From Felis catus (lineage: Eukaryota): 64,000 nt of DNA. Where the stretch lies: contig NC_058368.1 in the NCBI RefSeq assembly GCF_018350175.1, positions 2,418,001-2,482,000 of the forward strand. The letters are read 5' to 3'. Both the position numbers and the translations under genes were made by a program. How positions within the stretch are numbered: position 1 is the stretch's first letter; each line of letters starts with the position of its first letter. Below, one piece after another: positions 26,675-38,230 of the stretch. The notes under the pieces are model-generated. The model did no database searches, was not told the DNA's origin, and saw nothing but the letters and a program-made list of their open reading frames with translations.

Positions 26675-26892
26675 AGGCGTGCCTGGGTGGCTTCATTGGT
26701 TAAGCCTCGACTTCGGCTCAGATCATGATCTTGTGGCTCGTGGGTTCGAGCCCCATGTCAGGCTCTGTGCTGACAGCTCAGAGACTGGAGACTTGCTCCG
26801 GATTCTGTGTCTCCCTCTCTCTCTCTCTGCCCCTCTTGGGCTCATGCTCTGTCTCTCTCAAAAACAAATAAATGTTTAAAAAAAAAAAAAAA
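26675..26892 (+). mobile_element. Can-SINE
   Basis: Head, (CT)n, poly-A. Confidence 0.93.
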
Positions 26893-27119
26893 GGAAGTGA
26901 ATCACTTTTACTGGAAGGTGTATCTGAGTAGTGATGGGTTAGAGTATTACCACAATGGGCTTTGAGTATCAAAATTTTCTAATGTGGATTTTATCCTAGG
27001 CAGAATGAGGCACCAATGGTTACTGAAGAAGGGTACGCTATGCGGTTAAAAAGTCATTCTTCGTAAGATTAACCTAAAGGTTGCAAACAGAATGAAATAA
27101 GAGACTGAGAACAGAGAGA

Positions 27120-27338
27120 GGGGTGCCTGGGTGGCTCAGTCGGTTAAGCATCTGACTTCAGCTCAGGTCACGATCTCACAGTTCATGAGTTTGAGCCCTG
27201 CGTTGGGCTCTGTGCTGACAGCTCAGAGCCTGCAGCCTGTTAAGGATTCTGTCTCCCTCTCTTTCTCTCTGCCCCTTTTCTGCTCAAGCTCTGTCTCTGT
27301 GTCAAAAATAAATATTAAAAAAAAATTAAAAAAAAAAA
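27120..27338 (+). mobile_element. Can-SINE
   Basis: TSD ctgagaacagagaga. Confidence 0.95.
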
Positions 27339-27624
27339 GAGCTGAGAACAGAGAGAAACCAATGATGAATAATAAATTGAATCCTTGGCACCAGAAGAAC
27401 TAACAAAAATGCCATAAAATACCACAAGACAGATCCTCCCCCCTATGATCAGAAATGGTAAGAGGATAGGAAAGTTACTGAACCTGTTATCCATATGGCA
27501 TCTTAATTTAATACAAGTCAAAATATCATTTATCAATGCTTAATTTTAATTCACACGGCCTGTCTTCCTCTCTTTCTTTGTATCTGACCGTTCCTTGGGT
27601 TTTTCATTAGAAAGGTAAAATGTA

Positions 27625-27818
27625 GGGGTGCGTGGGTGGCTCAGTCGTGATCTCACGGTTCCTGAGTTTGAGCCCCGCATCGGGCTCTGTGCTGACAGCT
27701 CAGAGCCTGGAGCCTGCTTAAGATTCTGTGTCTCCCTCTCTCTCTGCCCACCCCCAAACTGCCCCCCTCTGTCTCTCTCTCAAAAATAAATAAACATTAA
27801 AAAAATTTTTAAAAAAAA
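27625..27818 (+). mobile_element. Can-SINE with internal deletion
   Basis: ggctcagtc joined directly to gtgatctcac; A tail. Confidence 0.9.
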
Positions 27819-28623
27819 GATACCAGGTAAACCTAACAAAGAATACGATTTCTAATTTTCAAAGCAACGCATACACTAAAACTTATTAAAAGTACATAAA
27901 ATATCTAAGAAGTAGTACTTTTTCAAATATTTTACCCGGCAGTTTTACACTGAAGTAGGGAACTTTGTCCCTTGAACGTGGAGGTTTCAGAAGAAACGTC
28001 TTTTGCTTAGTACTTAGAGTCTACCGAAGATTAAGGTTCATAATCATGTAATACTGTTCCCCAGAGGTGATGATAAAATCTGGAAATCATCAACCTGCTA
28101 ATTTTTATGGTTGGCACTCTTACGGTTAAAAAAAAAAGTCATCTATTAGGACAACTTCACCACGCTACGCAGAGAACCAGTCGCAAAGGATTTAGTTACA
28201 AAGGTTGACAAAGGTACGTGTGGGGTGAGTCCCTGGAAACACACCCCCTGAACCTCTGAGCAACACCAGCAAGAAGGGAGGGAGCGCGGGCAAGGTGTAG
28301 TGAGAAATCCACAAACCAAGACACGCCCACACCCATCGTCTCCATTCGCGTCTCGGGCTTTAGGTGTCCGTGCGGCTTTCGCGGGATTCCCCCCGGAGGG
28401 GCTGAGCGGCCCGTCGTCGGCCTCGATGCCCTCGGGCGCGCGCGGCGGGGGCCGCGGCTGGAAAGGAGCGCCTCCCACCCGTCCGGGGCCTTCCGCGGCG
28501 GCGCCCCTAACGTTGACTCCGGAAGAGGAGCCGGGGCCGCCCGCGGCAGCCCCCACTCTCCACCGCCGGGAGTCCGAGGAGGGAGGAGCTTGGTGGGCTT
28601 GGCGAAAAGGACCGGTCCCGTAC

Positions 28624-28833
28624 CTGCGCTAAGACGGTGAGCCTGCCTTCGGGCGCCGCGACGTTCACGCGGCCGTGGTACCATGCCACTCCTGTGCCTG
28701 CCAGGGCCACGCCGGCCACTGCCGCCGCCAAGGGGCTGGGGCCCGGCCAAGCCCGCCGGCCGGCGGAGAGCCCACGCCGCAGTCGGCCGCCCCAGGCCGT
28801 CAGCCGAGCGCTTCTTACCGCAGCCGCCGCCAT
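28624..28833 (-). CDS. MICU2: MICU2 (mitochondrial calcium uptake 2, EFHA1) coding exon 1, encoding the N-terminal mitochondrial targeting region
   Basis: 210 nt translating to MAAAAVRSARLTAWGGRLRRGLSAGRRAWPGPSPLAAAVAGVALAGTGVAWYHGRVNVAAPEGRLTVLAQ, closely resembling the recalled human MICU2 N-terminus (MAAAAGSCARVAAWGGKLRRGL...SFTVSAQ). Strong Kozak AAG ATG G; phase-0 donor CAG|GTACGG at 28624/28623. Confidence 0.95.
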
Positions 28834-28844
28834 CTTTGCGGAAG
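28826..28844 (-). promoter_or_regulatory. ETS/GABP core next to a YY1 motif overlapping the start codon
   Basis: Minus strand reads CTTCCGCAAAGATGGCGGC: ETS core CTTCCG, then YY1 consensus AAGATGGCGGC. Confidence 0.65.
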
Positions 28845-28869
28845 CGCCCCATCCATCACCGAGTCCCGG

Positions 28870-28887
28870 GCCGCCGCCGCCGCCGCC
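28870..28887. repeat. (GCC)6 trinucleotide repeat upstream of the ATG
   Basis: gccgccgccgccgccgcc seen directly. Confidence 0.85.
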
Positions 28888-28924
28888 TCGTCGCACGACT
28901 CGAGAACTCCCGCGCGGCCACGGG

Positions 28925-28934
28925 TCTCGCGAGA
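28925..28934. promoter_or_regulatory. TCTCGCGAGA palindrome (BANP/CGCG element)
   Basis: Perfect 10-bp palindrome about 90 bp upstream of the ATG; known motif of housekeeping CpG-island promoters. Confidence 0.8.
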
Positions 28935-29577
28935 GCCGCACGGCCTCCGTCCAGCCTCCGGAGCCTGCCTTCCGCGGGCGGCTGCGGCCGCGCAGCTCGG
29001 AGCGGCGGTAGGGGAGCGTGTGCGAGGGAGCCGGGTAACTGGAAAGGGGTCCGAACAGAACCCCAAGTGGCCTCCGCCGTCGAGAACGAGATAGCTCCCC
29101 TATTGTGTAGGGAGGTCCTACGGTTTTCGGAAGGAAAACGTGCCTTTCACTAGGGAGAAGCCGCTGCGGGCTTGAGGGGAAAGCACGGACGGGTGAGCCG
29201 GGCACTGCGGACAATACCTGTGATCGAGTGTGTGGTTTGCCTTTCTGATGGGCCTGAGCTTAGCAGTGGAAGCCCATCCCCGAAGAAGTTGGGGCGTGTA
29301 ACTGAAAAACCTTGCATAGCCCTTAACGCTACATCTGTTTTAAATTCCACGAGCCTACGCGTGTTAAGAATTTCTTCAAACTACTTGTATCATTATTCTG
29401 AAATCCACAGACGCTGCAGTTACTTTCCCACGGGCCATTTCAAATAACATCAATTAGCTCGCTCAGCTTCTAGTAAACAAAAGTGTTTAAAGCAAGTTTT
29501 TTTTTTTTTTTTTTTTTTTTTTAATGTGACCGTGTTTTCTTAGCTCACTTTAATAGCTTAAGCAAACTCTAAACTTA

Positions 29578-29725
29578 CTTTCTCAGTTGTGGCAAAATGC
29601 GCACAGCGCTACCGTCTTAACCGTTTTTAAATACACACTTCATTGGTGTTGGGACATTCACGTTGTGGGGCAACCATCGCTACCGTGCGTCTCCGGAACT
29701 GCTTTCATCTTGCAAAACTGGCAAA
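29578..29725 (-). mobile_element. L1MB-type 3' end fragment
   Basis: ttgtggcaaaat...acattcacgttgtggggcaaccatc...tttcatcttgcaaaactg. Confidence 0.7.
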
Positions 29726-30509
29726 CCTAAAAAATAGCATCTTCCCCATCTGTCTTGTTCATCCTCCCTATTCTTGTATTCTTGACTGCTCTTTCGTTTT
29801 TGCCACATCATACCCTGTCCCAGCCTGCTCACCCTGATGGGGTATTTTCTAATGAACTCGCAAACAGAGCCGCTCTATTTCAGGCAATCAGCATTTGCTG
29901 AGTGTGGAATTTAAATTCTGTCCCAGTGAAGTGTTTGATACCTGTCGTCCCACCTGGGACCAAGTCAGATGCATCAGGACACCTGCCCGACGTCACTGTC
30001 GTCAGCGATGTTTTCCCCTGTGCAGGCTTGGGACAAAAAGCCTCGGTCCTGGTTGTTGCGACGGTCAGAAGAGACGATTCAGCCGAGGCTCGTGCCTTTA
30101 GCAGAGGCCTTTGTTTCGTAGCCTCCGACCCTCCGTTCTTTGGTCTTTTCTTTGCAGAGCACGTTTCCTTAATAAGCTTGCTTCAGCCTCTGAAGCGTCC
30201 CAAGTAGAAGCTTTACTTGGATATGCAGTAACTTGCAGCCAAAATGGTGCCAAGGTCCCGACCACATAGTCACTGTCACCTTGAAGTTTGTGAAACCAAC
30301 AAAAAAAAACAAGTGCCACAGCGAGTCTGATTTGACCACTGAATTCTCAGGTCGTTTTGCCGCGATCTGCCCTCCGTTCCTGCTCCCTTTTCCTTCGCCA
30401 GCTTGTCCAAATCTGCAGTCAGAGCTCCCTCACTGTCCCCCGGCTGCTGAAACCACTTTCCCTGTGCCTTCCCAGGCAAGCAGGCGGTAGATGAGACTCA
30501 TCACACCGA

Positions 30510-30720
30510 GATTCGTGAGCCAGACCACATGGTCAGAATCCTGGCTGTGCCAGGATGATCACTGGGACTTGGGGCAAATTAACTTAATTTCTCGGAGTCT
30601 CGGTTTTCTCCACCGTAAACAACTCTGCCATGGTTTGGCATCGGGGGATCAAATGAGACATTCTGTGGAAAGTCCACAAATGCCCGGCATGTTGTAGACT
30701 CACCACACTGTCAGTTTATC
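30510..30720 (+). mobile_element. MIR remnant
   Basis: gacttggggcaaattaacttaatttctcggagtctcggttttctc. Confidence 0.65.
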
Positions 30721-30879
30721 TTCTTCAACTTCTGGGTGATTCCTGCCCTCTGATCATGAATAAGCTTGACGGAGACCTTACCTTCTGCTTGCCTTGCGCT
30801 ATCCTCTTGGTTTCCAGAAATCATGGTTAAAATGGTAGTGTTAGGTATATACATACTGTCTAATTCCCACTGTTCCTCT

Positions 30880-31111
30880 ATTTATTTTTTTTTATTTAAA
30901 AAAATTTCTTTTTTAACATTTATTTATTTTTGAGACAGAGAGAGCATGAACAGGGGAGGGTCAGAGAAAGAGGGAGACACAGAATCTGAAACAGGCTCCA
31001 GGCTCTGAGCTGTCAGCACAGAGCCTGACGCGGGGCTCGAACCCACGGACCGCGAGATCATGACCCGAGCCGAAATCGGACGCTTAACCGACTGGGCCAC
31101 CCAGGCGCCCC
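30880..31111 (-). mobile_element. Can-SINE
   Basis: T tail; ends ccacccaggcgcccc. Confidence 0.95.
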
Positions 31112-31899
31112 TCCTCCACCTATTTAATGAAACCCCACATCTATTACTTAGTCATGGCTCCGAGCCCCAAATATTCCCATTGCGTATTCCCATTGGAACA
31201 TTGGGCATATTTAAAGACATTCTATTTGACCCACAGTTTGACATCCTCCAGGGCAAGGCTATCTTATTTTTCTGTTTCCTCAGCACCTAGCACAATGCCC
31301 AGTACGTATTAGACATTCAGTGAATGAATATATGAATAAGTGAAAAAAATAGATGGCACAAATGAAACTCTGGTGTGCCTGTTTCCATTGAGTATCAAAC
31401 ATCAGAAATCTATATAATTTATTTTCCAAGACAAAAAAAATCATTTAAATTATTTTTGCTGAAAATCTTTGAATGTACTTGGAAAATTGTGCTTTGTAAT
31501 TAGGTTCCCCCCCCCCTTTTTTTTTGTACTGTGTGCCCAGGCCTGTAGAATTCTCATTAAGATTTAATGTATTCAAACTTTTCTTTTGCAGAGGAAACAA
31601 ATTCTTATAATAGAACCAATTTCTAGCCGACTAACCATTCTAAGTATGAAATCTTCCCTGGCAGCTGTTGACATTTGTCTAAGTGCATTGACTATATTGG
31701 TCTTTTTAGGCTCCAGCTTTGTTCGTTTCTTCATCACCAGCTGTAGAGAAAAATATACATCCTTGGCTGGGATGTATTTTCAACCACGTAGTTTATAAAC
31801 TGATCCCCAAATAAGGAACTGCTTCTAAAACTATACGATCTATGCTGCTTTAAATGATAATTGGAGAAAAACAGAATAGAAACACTGGTAGCTCCAAAA

Positions 31900-32092
31900 T
31901 TATTTTTTAAAATTATTTATTTATTTTGAGGGAGAGCGCGTGCGTGTGCACATGCAGGAGAGGGGCAGAAAAGGAGGGAGCGAGAGACGTGGGGCTCAAA
32001 CTCATGATCATTATGAGATCATGACGGGATCGTGACCTGAGCTGAAATCAAGAGTCGGGTGGCTTAACCCGCTGAGTCCCCCAGGGACCCCC
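31900..32092 (-). mobile_element. Can-SINE (degenerate)
   Basis: gacctgagctgaaatcaagagtcgg. Confidence 0.85.
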
Positions 32093-32867
32093 CAAAAGAA
32101 CACTTTTCATTCACTTTGTGCTTTTTTTCTGAAGGAGGGACATAAGTTATAGGACAGAGAAACTATTCTCAAGGAACTTTGCTTTTCCCGGAGGCCAGGC
32201 CTGAATTGAAAACAATGCAAGATGGCATTTGACTGTTAACACCAAGGAGGAGGAGTGTGGTTGGCTACAGTGGTCAACTAGGAAAGAGAGGAAGCCTAAT
32301 CTGGAACTCGGAAAGTGAGAAAGGTTTGCATAGATAGGATCCTCAGAGATCGGAGTAGGGTTGTGAGCATGGGAGAAAACTAGGTACAGTGTGTGTTTGC
32401 ATGGTTTGGAGCAGAACTGGTTTAGGGGTGACCCTGAGTGGCTTGAGGGCCACAAGGGGTTCTGCAGTATTTCCAGCAATATGTGGGACAGTTGTCAGCT
32501 TTCTTGACCCTCTACAGGTTTGTCTTTGGGGTGCTTATACCTCTTTTCCAGTATCTCTGCCCCCACCCCCCTTAGTGCCTGATCAGACTTTGCATGTCAG
32601 ACGCTACCCAAGTGATTGCCTTCTGCCTGCCCAGATTTTATCCTGGCCTTTCTCACCCATTATCCCATCTGCTTCTCTAAATTATTTTCCTTCCCATCTA
32701 CAATCAAAAGTTTGATTTTCTCTGGGTTGTTGGTCTTGAACAAAAGAGATCAACCAGCTTTCTTATTGAAGACATTTAGTCTATTGTATGTCCATTTTAA
32801 AAGACAAGGGTAACTGAAATGAATCTTTGATCTTAGTGTGTTTAGGGAAGATAAATAAAACTTGCTC

Positions 32868-33097
32868 TGCTGGGTGGCTCAGTTGGTTACGCATCCGACT
32901 CTTGGTTTTGGCTCGGGTCATGATCTCACGGTTTTGTGAGTTCGAGCTCAGTGTTGCGCTCAGTGTTGGGCTCTGCGCTGGCAGTGGGGAGCCTGCTTTG
33001 GATTTCTCTCTCTCTCCCTCTCTTTCTCTGCCCCTTCCCCACCCATGCTGTCTCTGTCTGTCTCAAAATAAATAAACTTTAAAAAAATTGAAAAAAA
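32868..33097 (+). mobile_element. Can-SINE
   Basis: TSD aaaacttgct. Confidence 0.93.
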
Positions 33098-34446
33098 CCC
33101 AAAACTTGCTATCCTGATTCTGAAAGATTCCTTACTGTTGTATTACAGAATAACGTGTGTCAAGATTGATTATCTTAGGTGGAGGAGAAAAAAAATACTG
33201 AGGATCTCAAAAGATAAAGAGGTTGGACTTAATCCTACAGCAAAAGAGTAAGTGACGTACAGATGGACATTATAAAGAACCATTGCTTGGAATAAGCAGA
33301 GGTTAAACTATATTTATGGTGGATAATTGTGTAGTGAAGGGTATGAATCACTCTCAGAGGCCCTAGATGAGTCAAAAGAATCGCTAATTATGTCTTTTTT
33401 TGTGCAGTTTGGGGCTATGGGTAAAAATATCTGGGTATCATGATTGATATCAGCTTGTGCAGAAATAGGTCAAGATTAAATCTTACTGACAGTGAAAAAG
33501 CAGTGCGAAGGGTACATTTTCAGTGTCTTTCAGATCCTCCTCTGCTTCTCATTCCCTGCCCATCACCCCAGTTTACACCCTCATTACCGCATGCTTTGAT
33601 GATGGCAGTCGCCTCTTAACACACACGGTTGCTTCCAGTCTTTTTCTCCTCTGAAGCATCCCATAGATCTATGTCAGATCAATCTTCCTAAACATTTCTT
33701 TCACCGTACTTCCATTAGCTGTGTGATTTAACCTTCCCAAACCTCTCTTTGTTGGAGAATGAGGCGTTTGGTTTCAGTTTGTTTTTCCAGTTCTGAAATT
33801 CTCATTCTGTGCCACTCCAGAGTGGCCTTTTTTTTTTTTTTTTTAAGTTAAGCAAACTGGATTGAGTGTGAAATATGTGCCAAGCTTAGTGCCATACCTC
33901 AGAGATGCACAGACAAATAAGTAACAGCTCCCCCTGTGGGGTTTTGTCACCGGCAGGGGTCTTCACACATTGGATTGTGGCCCTTATGCTTAAAACTTTT
34001 TGAAGCTTTATGTACATTTATTTGTTTCTTAAACCAACACATTTACAATTAAACAATAAAAAGCTCATAGTAAAATTTTAATTATCAGATAAAAATTAAA
34101 TAGTATTTATAAAATAAAATTTAATTTTGTTTTTAAAGGTGCAATAAATGTTTTGCACTGTCTAAAAATGTTAATATCTAGTGGGATCCATGTAATTAAA
34201 TTGGCTTCATTAAGTTGGATAATTTTGGTTTAAGTTTTGTGAGATAGAAATGCAAAAAAAAAAAAAAACCAAAAACCCAAAAACAAACAAACAAAAGAAA
34301 TGCAAAGTTCTGGCATTCTGTTCGGTTAATTTAGATGCTAGTTTTTAATAACTGTAAAAACTCAAAAAGCTGTCTCATAAAAAAATGTTCAAAGGGAGGG
34401 AAGGAGTGTGTCATCAACGGAAGTACTGAAATCATGATACTTGTGT

Positions 34447-34720
34447 CTTTTTAAGCTTTTTATCATGAAAAGCTTAAAATATACACAACACTGGAGAGCA
34501 TAACATGATAAACCCCCATGTATGCCTACCCTGACTTGAACAGTTACCAACCCGTTACCCGTCTTGTTTCATCTGTACCTGCGCCATTTCCCCCGACTAG
34601 ATTGTGGTGAAGTAATTCTCAAGCTCGTACAAGTTTATTCTAAACATTTTAGTATGCCTTTTACAACATGACTTTAAAAGAAACTCTACATACCAATTTC
34701 TCGGTTTTGTATTTCTTAAT
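34447..34720 (-). mobile_element. Old L1 (L1MC/ME-type) 3'UTR fragment
   Basis: ttttatcatgaaaagcttaaaatatacacaac...aacccccatgta. Confidence 0.6.
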
Positions 34721-34989
34721 AGTGTTTGTAATCCAATGGACACACAAAAATGCACTGAGGAAAAAAGTCGCAAAGGTCGCGTGAAATGCCGGGAAGTTAG
34801 ACACGAGGCAACGAGAAGAAGACTGTTCTGCAAGGGTTGCGTAACACTTCCGCGTCATGGGGAGAGTGACCTGTGCTATAGTGAAGTGCACTTAAGGGTG
34901 AGTGGTGGCACAACGTTTGAAGTTGCAAAGATGTTATCTGAAAACACATTTGTGGGACAGACTGTGTATGCTTGGGAAACTCGATTATT

Positions 34990-35237
34990 TATTTATTTTT
35001 TATAAATTTTTTTTTAATGTCAATTTATTTTTCAGAGAGAGAGAGACAAAGAGGGGGAGGAGAGAGAAAGACAGAGCATGAGCAAGGGAGGGGCAGAGAG
35101 AGAGACACAGAATCCAAAGCAGGCTCCAGGCTCTGTGCTCATAGCACAGAGCCTGACATGGGACTCAAACCCATGAACTGTGAGATCATGACCTGAGCTG
35201 AAGCTGGACGCTTAACCGACTGAGCCACCAGGCACCA
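34990..35237 (-). mobile_element. Can-SINE
   Basis: TSD aaact(c/t)gattattt. Confidence 0.95.
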
Positions 35238-35381
35238 CAAAACTTGATTATTTTCAAGTCAGTCATAATATCTCGAAAGTTCTGCATATGTCACCAAGAA
35301 AGGAAAATAATACTTTTTCCTCCTTTGCTGCCTTTCAACTGTAAACCACGTATTTCCAGCAAATCAAAGATGATGATTGGA

Positions 35382-35585
35382 GGGGGCACCGGGGTGGCTT
35401 AGTTTGAATGTACAGCTGTTGTTTTCATCTCCGGTCATGATCCCAGGGTCATGGGATTGAGCCCCATGTCTGAGTGTAGACACTGCTTAAGATTCTCTCT
35501 CTGTCTCTCTCTGTCCCTCTTCCCCGTTTATGCTCTCACATTCTCTCTCTCTCTAAAAGAAAGAAAAACTAAAAAAAAAAAAAAA
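35382..35585 (+). mobile_element. Can-SINE (older)
   Basis: Head, (CT)n, poly-A. Confidence 0.88.
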
Positions 35586-37294
35586 GATGACTGGAGGAGT
35601 TAGAAGAGCCATGTCATATCCAGGTGAGTAAGGGCAAGACTGGGATGGGAACTAAAAAAAATCTAGCAAAATGTTCCTTGATCCCAAGGTTTCATAGAAA
35701 ATTTCAAGTCCGTGATATGGATTCACGTGCATCAGGACATCCAGAATATCTTAGCCTGTCTTTGACTGTGCAAAATATGAGGGCATCGAGTTAGTGCAAA
35801 AGCGTCACTATTTTCATTCTTTCTTAAAAAAAAAAAACAAAATTAAAAATTGCAACTTCATTATGCTTTTCTTTCCCCCTAGAGCAGATCTGTTGGTTCT
35901 GTCTTCAGGCCACGAAGCTGGGTGACTATGCGGTTAGCAGCAGCACCAGCCCAAGGCGATTCGTGCCCTGGGCATTGGCAGGGCTGGAGGCTGGTCATCC
36001 GGCAGCAGAATCTAAGTTCCTTTCGGAAGCGTCTTTCTCCCACTGACTGTGTTGTCCTGAGTTTGTTTCGTGCTTCAGGGATTCAGAACAAATACTTTGA
36101 TATGGTCACTGTTCGGAGGCTCTCCCAGGGACAGTGATGAGCATTAGGCGTCGAGAAATGTTGGGGCTGTGGCAAGGAGGGCAAGGGCAGGGTGTGACAG
36201 GTGACCCTCCAGTCACTCACAGGGTGGATAGAGCTGCCCCTTGAACACACGCAGAATGATGGCTTGGATGTCGGTGATCTTCTGCCTGCTTGGTTTGCTG
36301 CGAGGTGACGCAGATGGCCTTGAGGGATGAGGTATTCAGTCGGGCTTGCTTCCTGGCATGACCTCAGTGACCTCTCCCAGTTGTGAAGCCTTTAGCTGTG
36401 ACCTTTGGGGGTTGGGAGTTGAGAGTGGGCCTCCAGATGAAGAGACAAGCCTACAAGCCAAGAAGTGGTTGTTGGTGACAAAGATGAGCTGTGCAGAAGC
36501 TGGGTGGCTTTTGAGAGCCAGTAGTAGTTCTGCCATTGACGGGGAACTTGTTCCGAATTAGAGCCAGTAGAGCTGAATCTGTGAAGTCAAGAGCATCTTC
36601 TTTGGGGGTGGGCTTCAGTATGGGGATTTGGGTGTGTAGATAGTCCAGGGGGCATTAAAGGGCTGCTTCTGGACTGCCTGACCACTGGAGGTCTGTCTTG
36701 AAGGAGCAGCCACATGGCAGATGTGGCCTGTGCCACCGAAGCCCTGAACTCGGACACTAGGCCGTAGTGGCGATTTGGAGGTCCTCTTGGCCTTTTTAGG
36801 AGCTTCGGATGTTTTGCAGGGCTGGGCTGGCTGAGTAGGCTGGGGGGACTGTTCCCCATCAGCAGGAGGGTCTGAGTGGAAGCCGTGTCTGGAATCAGGA
36901 GGGTGAGAGCACGGAGCCTGGGCATGGAAGTTTCCGAGGCCGCTGTGCCTGTTGCTGATTGTTGGAGTAATCGTGAGGGTGGGAGCCTTCTGCCCGGGAC
37001 AGGCACTGCTTCGTAGCTTCTTCCAGGGCTGTGGCAGGGCTGCTGGCTGTCGGGCTCTCTCCACTGCTCACATGCAGCTGTCCTGCGAGGACGAGCTATG
37101 TGGGCACGGCCAGTGGCGAGGACCCTAGGCAGTTGTGTGTCTGGCACCTCTGACTGCAAGTCCACGATACCGCCCTGATATTTATTTATGTCAGTTCCAG
37201 CCACCAGTTAGGGGAAGAAGGTGTTAGTTTGACCCCTGGAACCTCTGACTGCCTTGGTGTCATTCATTTGTGCTTTTAAACTAATTGAGTTCGA

Positions 37295-37530
37295 AACTTG
37301 CCAAAAATGTTTGAAGGGGTGAGGGGATGGGCAAAATGAGTGAAGGGGAGTCGGGGGTACAGGCTTCCAGTTACGGAACGAGTAAGTCAAGGGGATGAAA
37401 GGTTCAGCCCCGGGAGTATAGTTGATGGTATCCTAATGGCGTTGTGGTGACCCCAGCATAACAGACCGGCCAGGTCGCTATGTTGTGCACCTGAAGCTAA
37501 TATAACATCATGTTTCAACTATACTTTAAT
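37295..37530 (+). mobile_element. L1 3'UTR fragment
   Basis: ggggatgggcaaaatgagtgaagggg...acacctgaagctaatataac-like ending caactatactttaat. Confidence 0.8.
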
Positions 37531-38017
37531 ATTTAGAAGAAGATTTTCAAATGGGTTAGAACATTTTGTGTTCAGGCTTTGTAAGCGTGTAAATAAAAGA
37601 GTTTTCCTAGGTCACACTTACATCACCAGGGGGAACAAATCACATAGTGATGCAGACATTTCCGAGTAGTGGTTTCCAAAATGAACTTTCAAAGCACACG
37701 TTTCTTTCAAAAAGCAATCACTTTCTTGGCCAATGTGAAAAACATCACTTTTGCCTTTAAGAGACAAAATGTTTTTTTAATTAAGTGTGCATTACTGACG
37801 GCCACTTGTAGAAGTGGGCACAAAATCTGGAACACATCGTTTTGTAAAAGAAAGATGTGCAGCTCATCTTTCCATGTGACAGATGCTCAAATTACTTGCT
37901 TGCCAGTCGTCCGGCAAACTGTGGTGTGATCCGCCAGTTTCAGGATCACTTTCCGTCTCATTTTTAGAGCACTGCGAAGATTCTACGGTATGTTACACGC
38001 CTTATGAAATTGGGCCT

Positions 38018-38230
38018 TGGCGGTTTCTCAGCCTCGGCGCTGCCGACGCTCTGGGCAGGATAACGCTCTGTGGTGGGCGTCTGTCCCGTGCACTGCAGCA
38101 TCTTTAGCAGCGGCCCTGGCCCCCAGCCGCTCGATGCCAACAGCACCCCCCTCCTAGTTGTGAAAGCAAAAACGACGTTGCCGAAACTGCCTTCAGAGGG
38201 CAGAATCTCTGCCCCCGTTGAGAACCAGTG
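38018..38230. mobile_element. MER20 (hAT-Charlie)
   Basis: ggtttctcagcctcggc...ttgagaaccagtg; collinear with the recalled MER20 consensus, with TIR-like ends. Confidence 0.88.

Larger units (their letters stand above)
1..28623 (-). other. MICU2: MICU2 intron 1 (continues past the window start)
   Basis: Starts at the GT donor. No sequence encoding the expected next exon (KNVEHG...KQRFMQF...YYMTPRDF) seen by eye; repeat-rich. Confidence 0.8.
28280..29215. promoter_or_regulatory. CpG-island promoter of MICU2
   Basis: Very GC- and CpG-dense stretch spanning exon 1 and both flanks; no obvious TATA box. Confidence 0.92.

Noticed and set aside
28146..29153. Several other long ORFs over the CpG island as separate genes
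   Set aside because: Low-complexity G/P/R/A-rich frames are expected in stop-poor GC-rich DNA.
28507..29214. 235-aa ORF as an N-terminally extended or single-exon MICU2
   Set aside because: It starts at TTG, not ATG; similarity to MICU2 begins at 28833 and ends at the splice donor at 28624.
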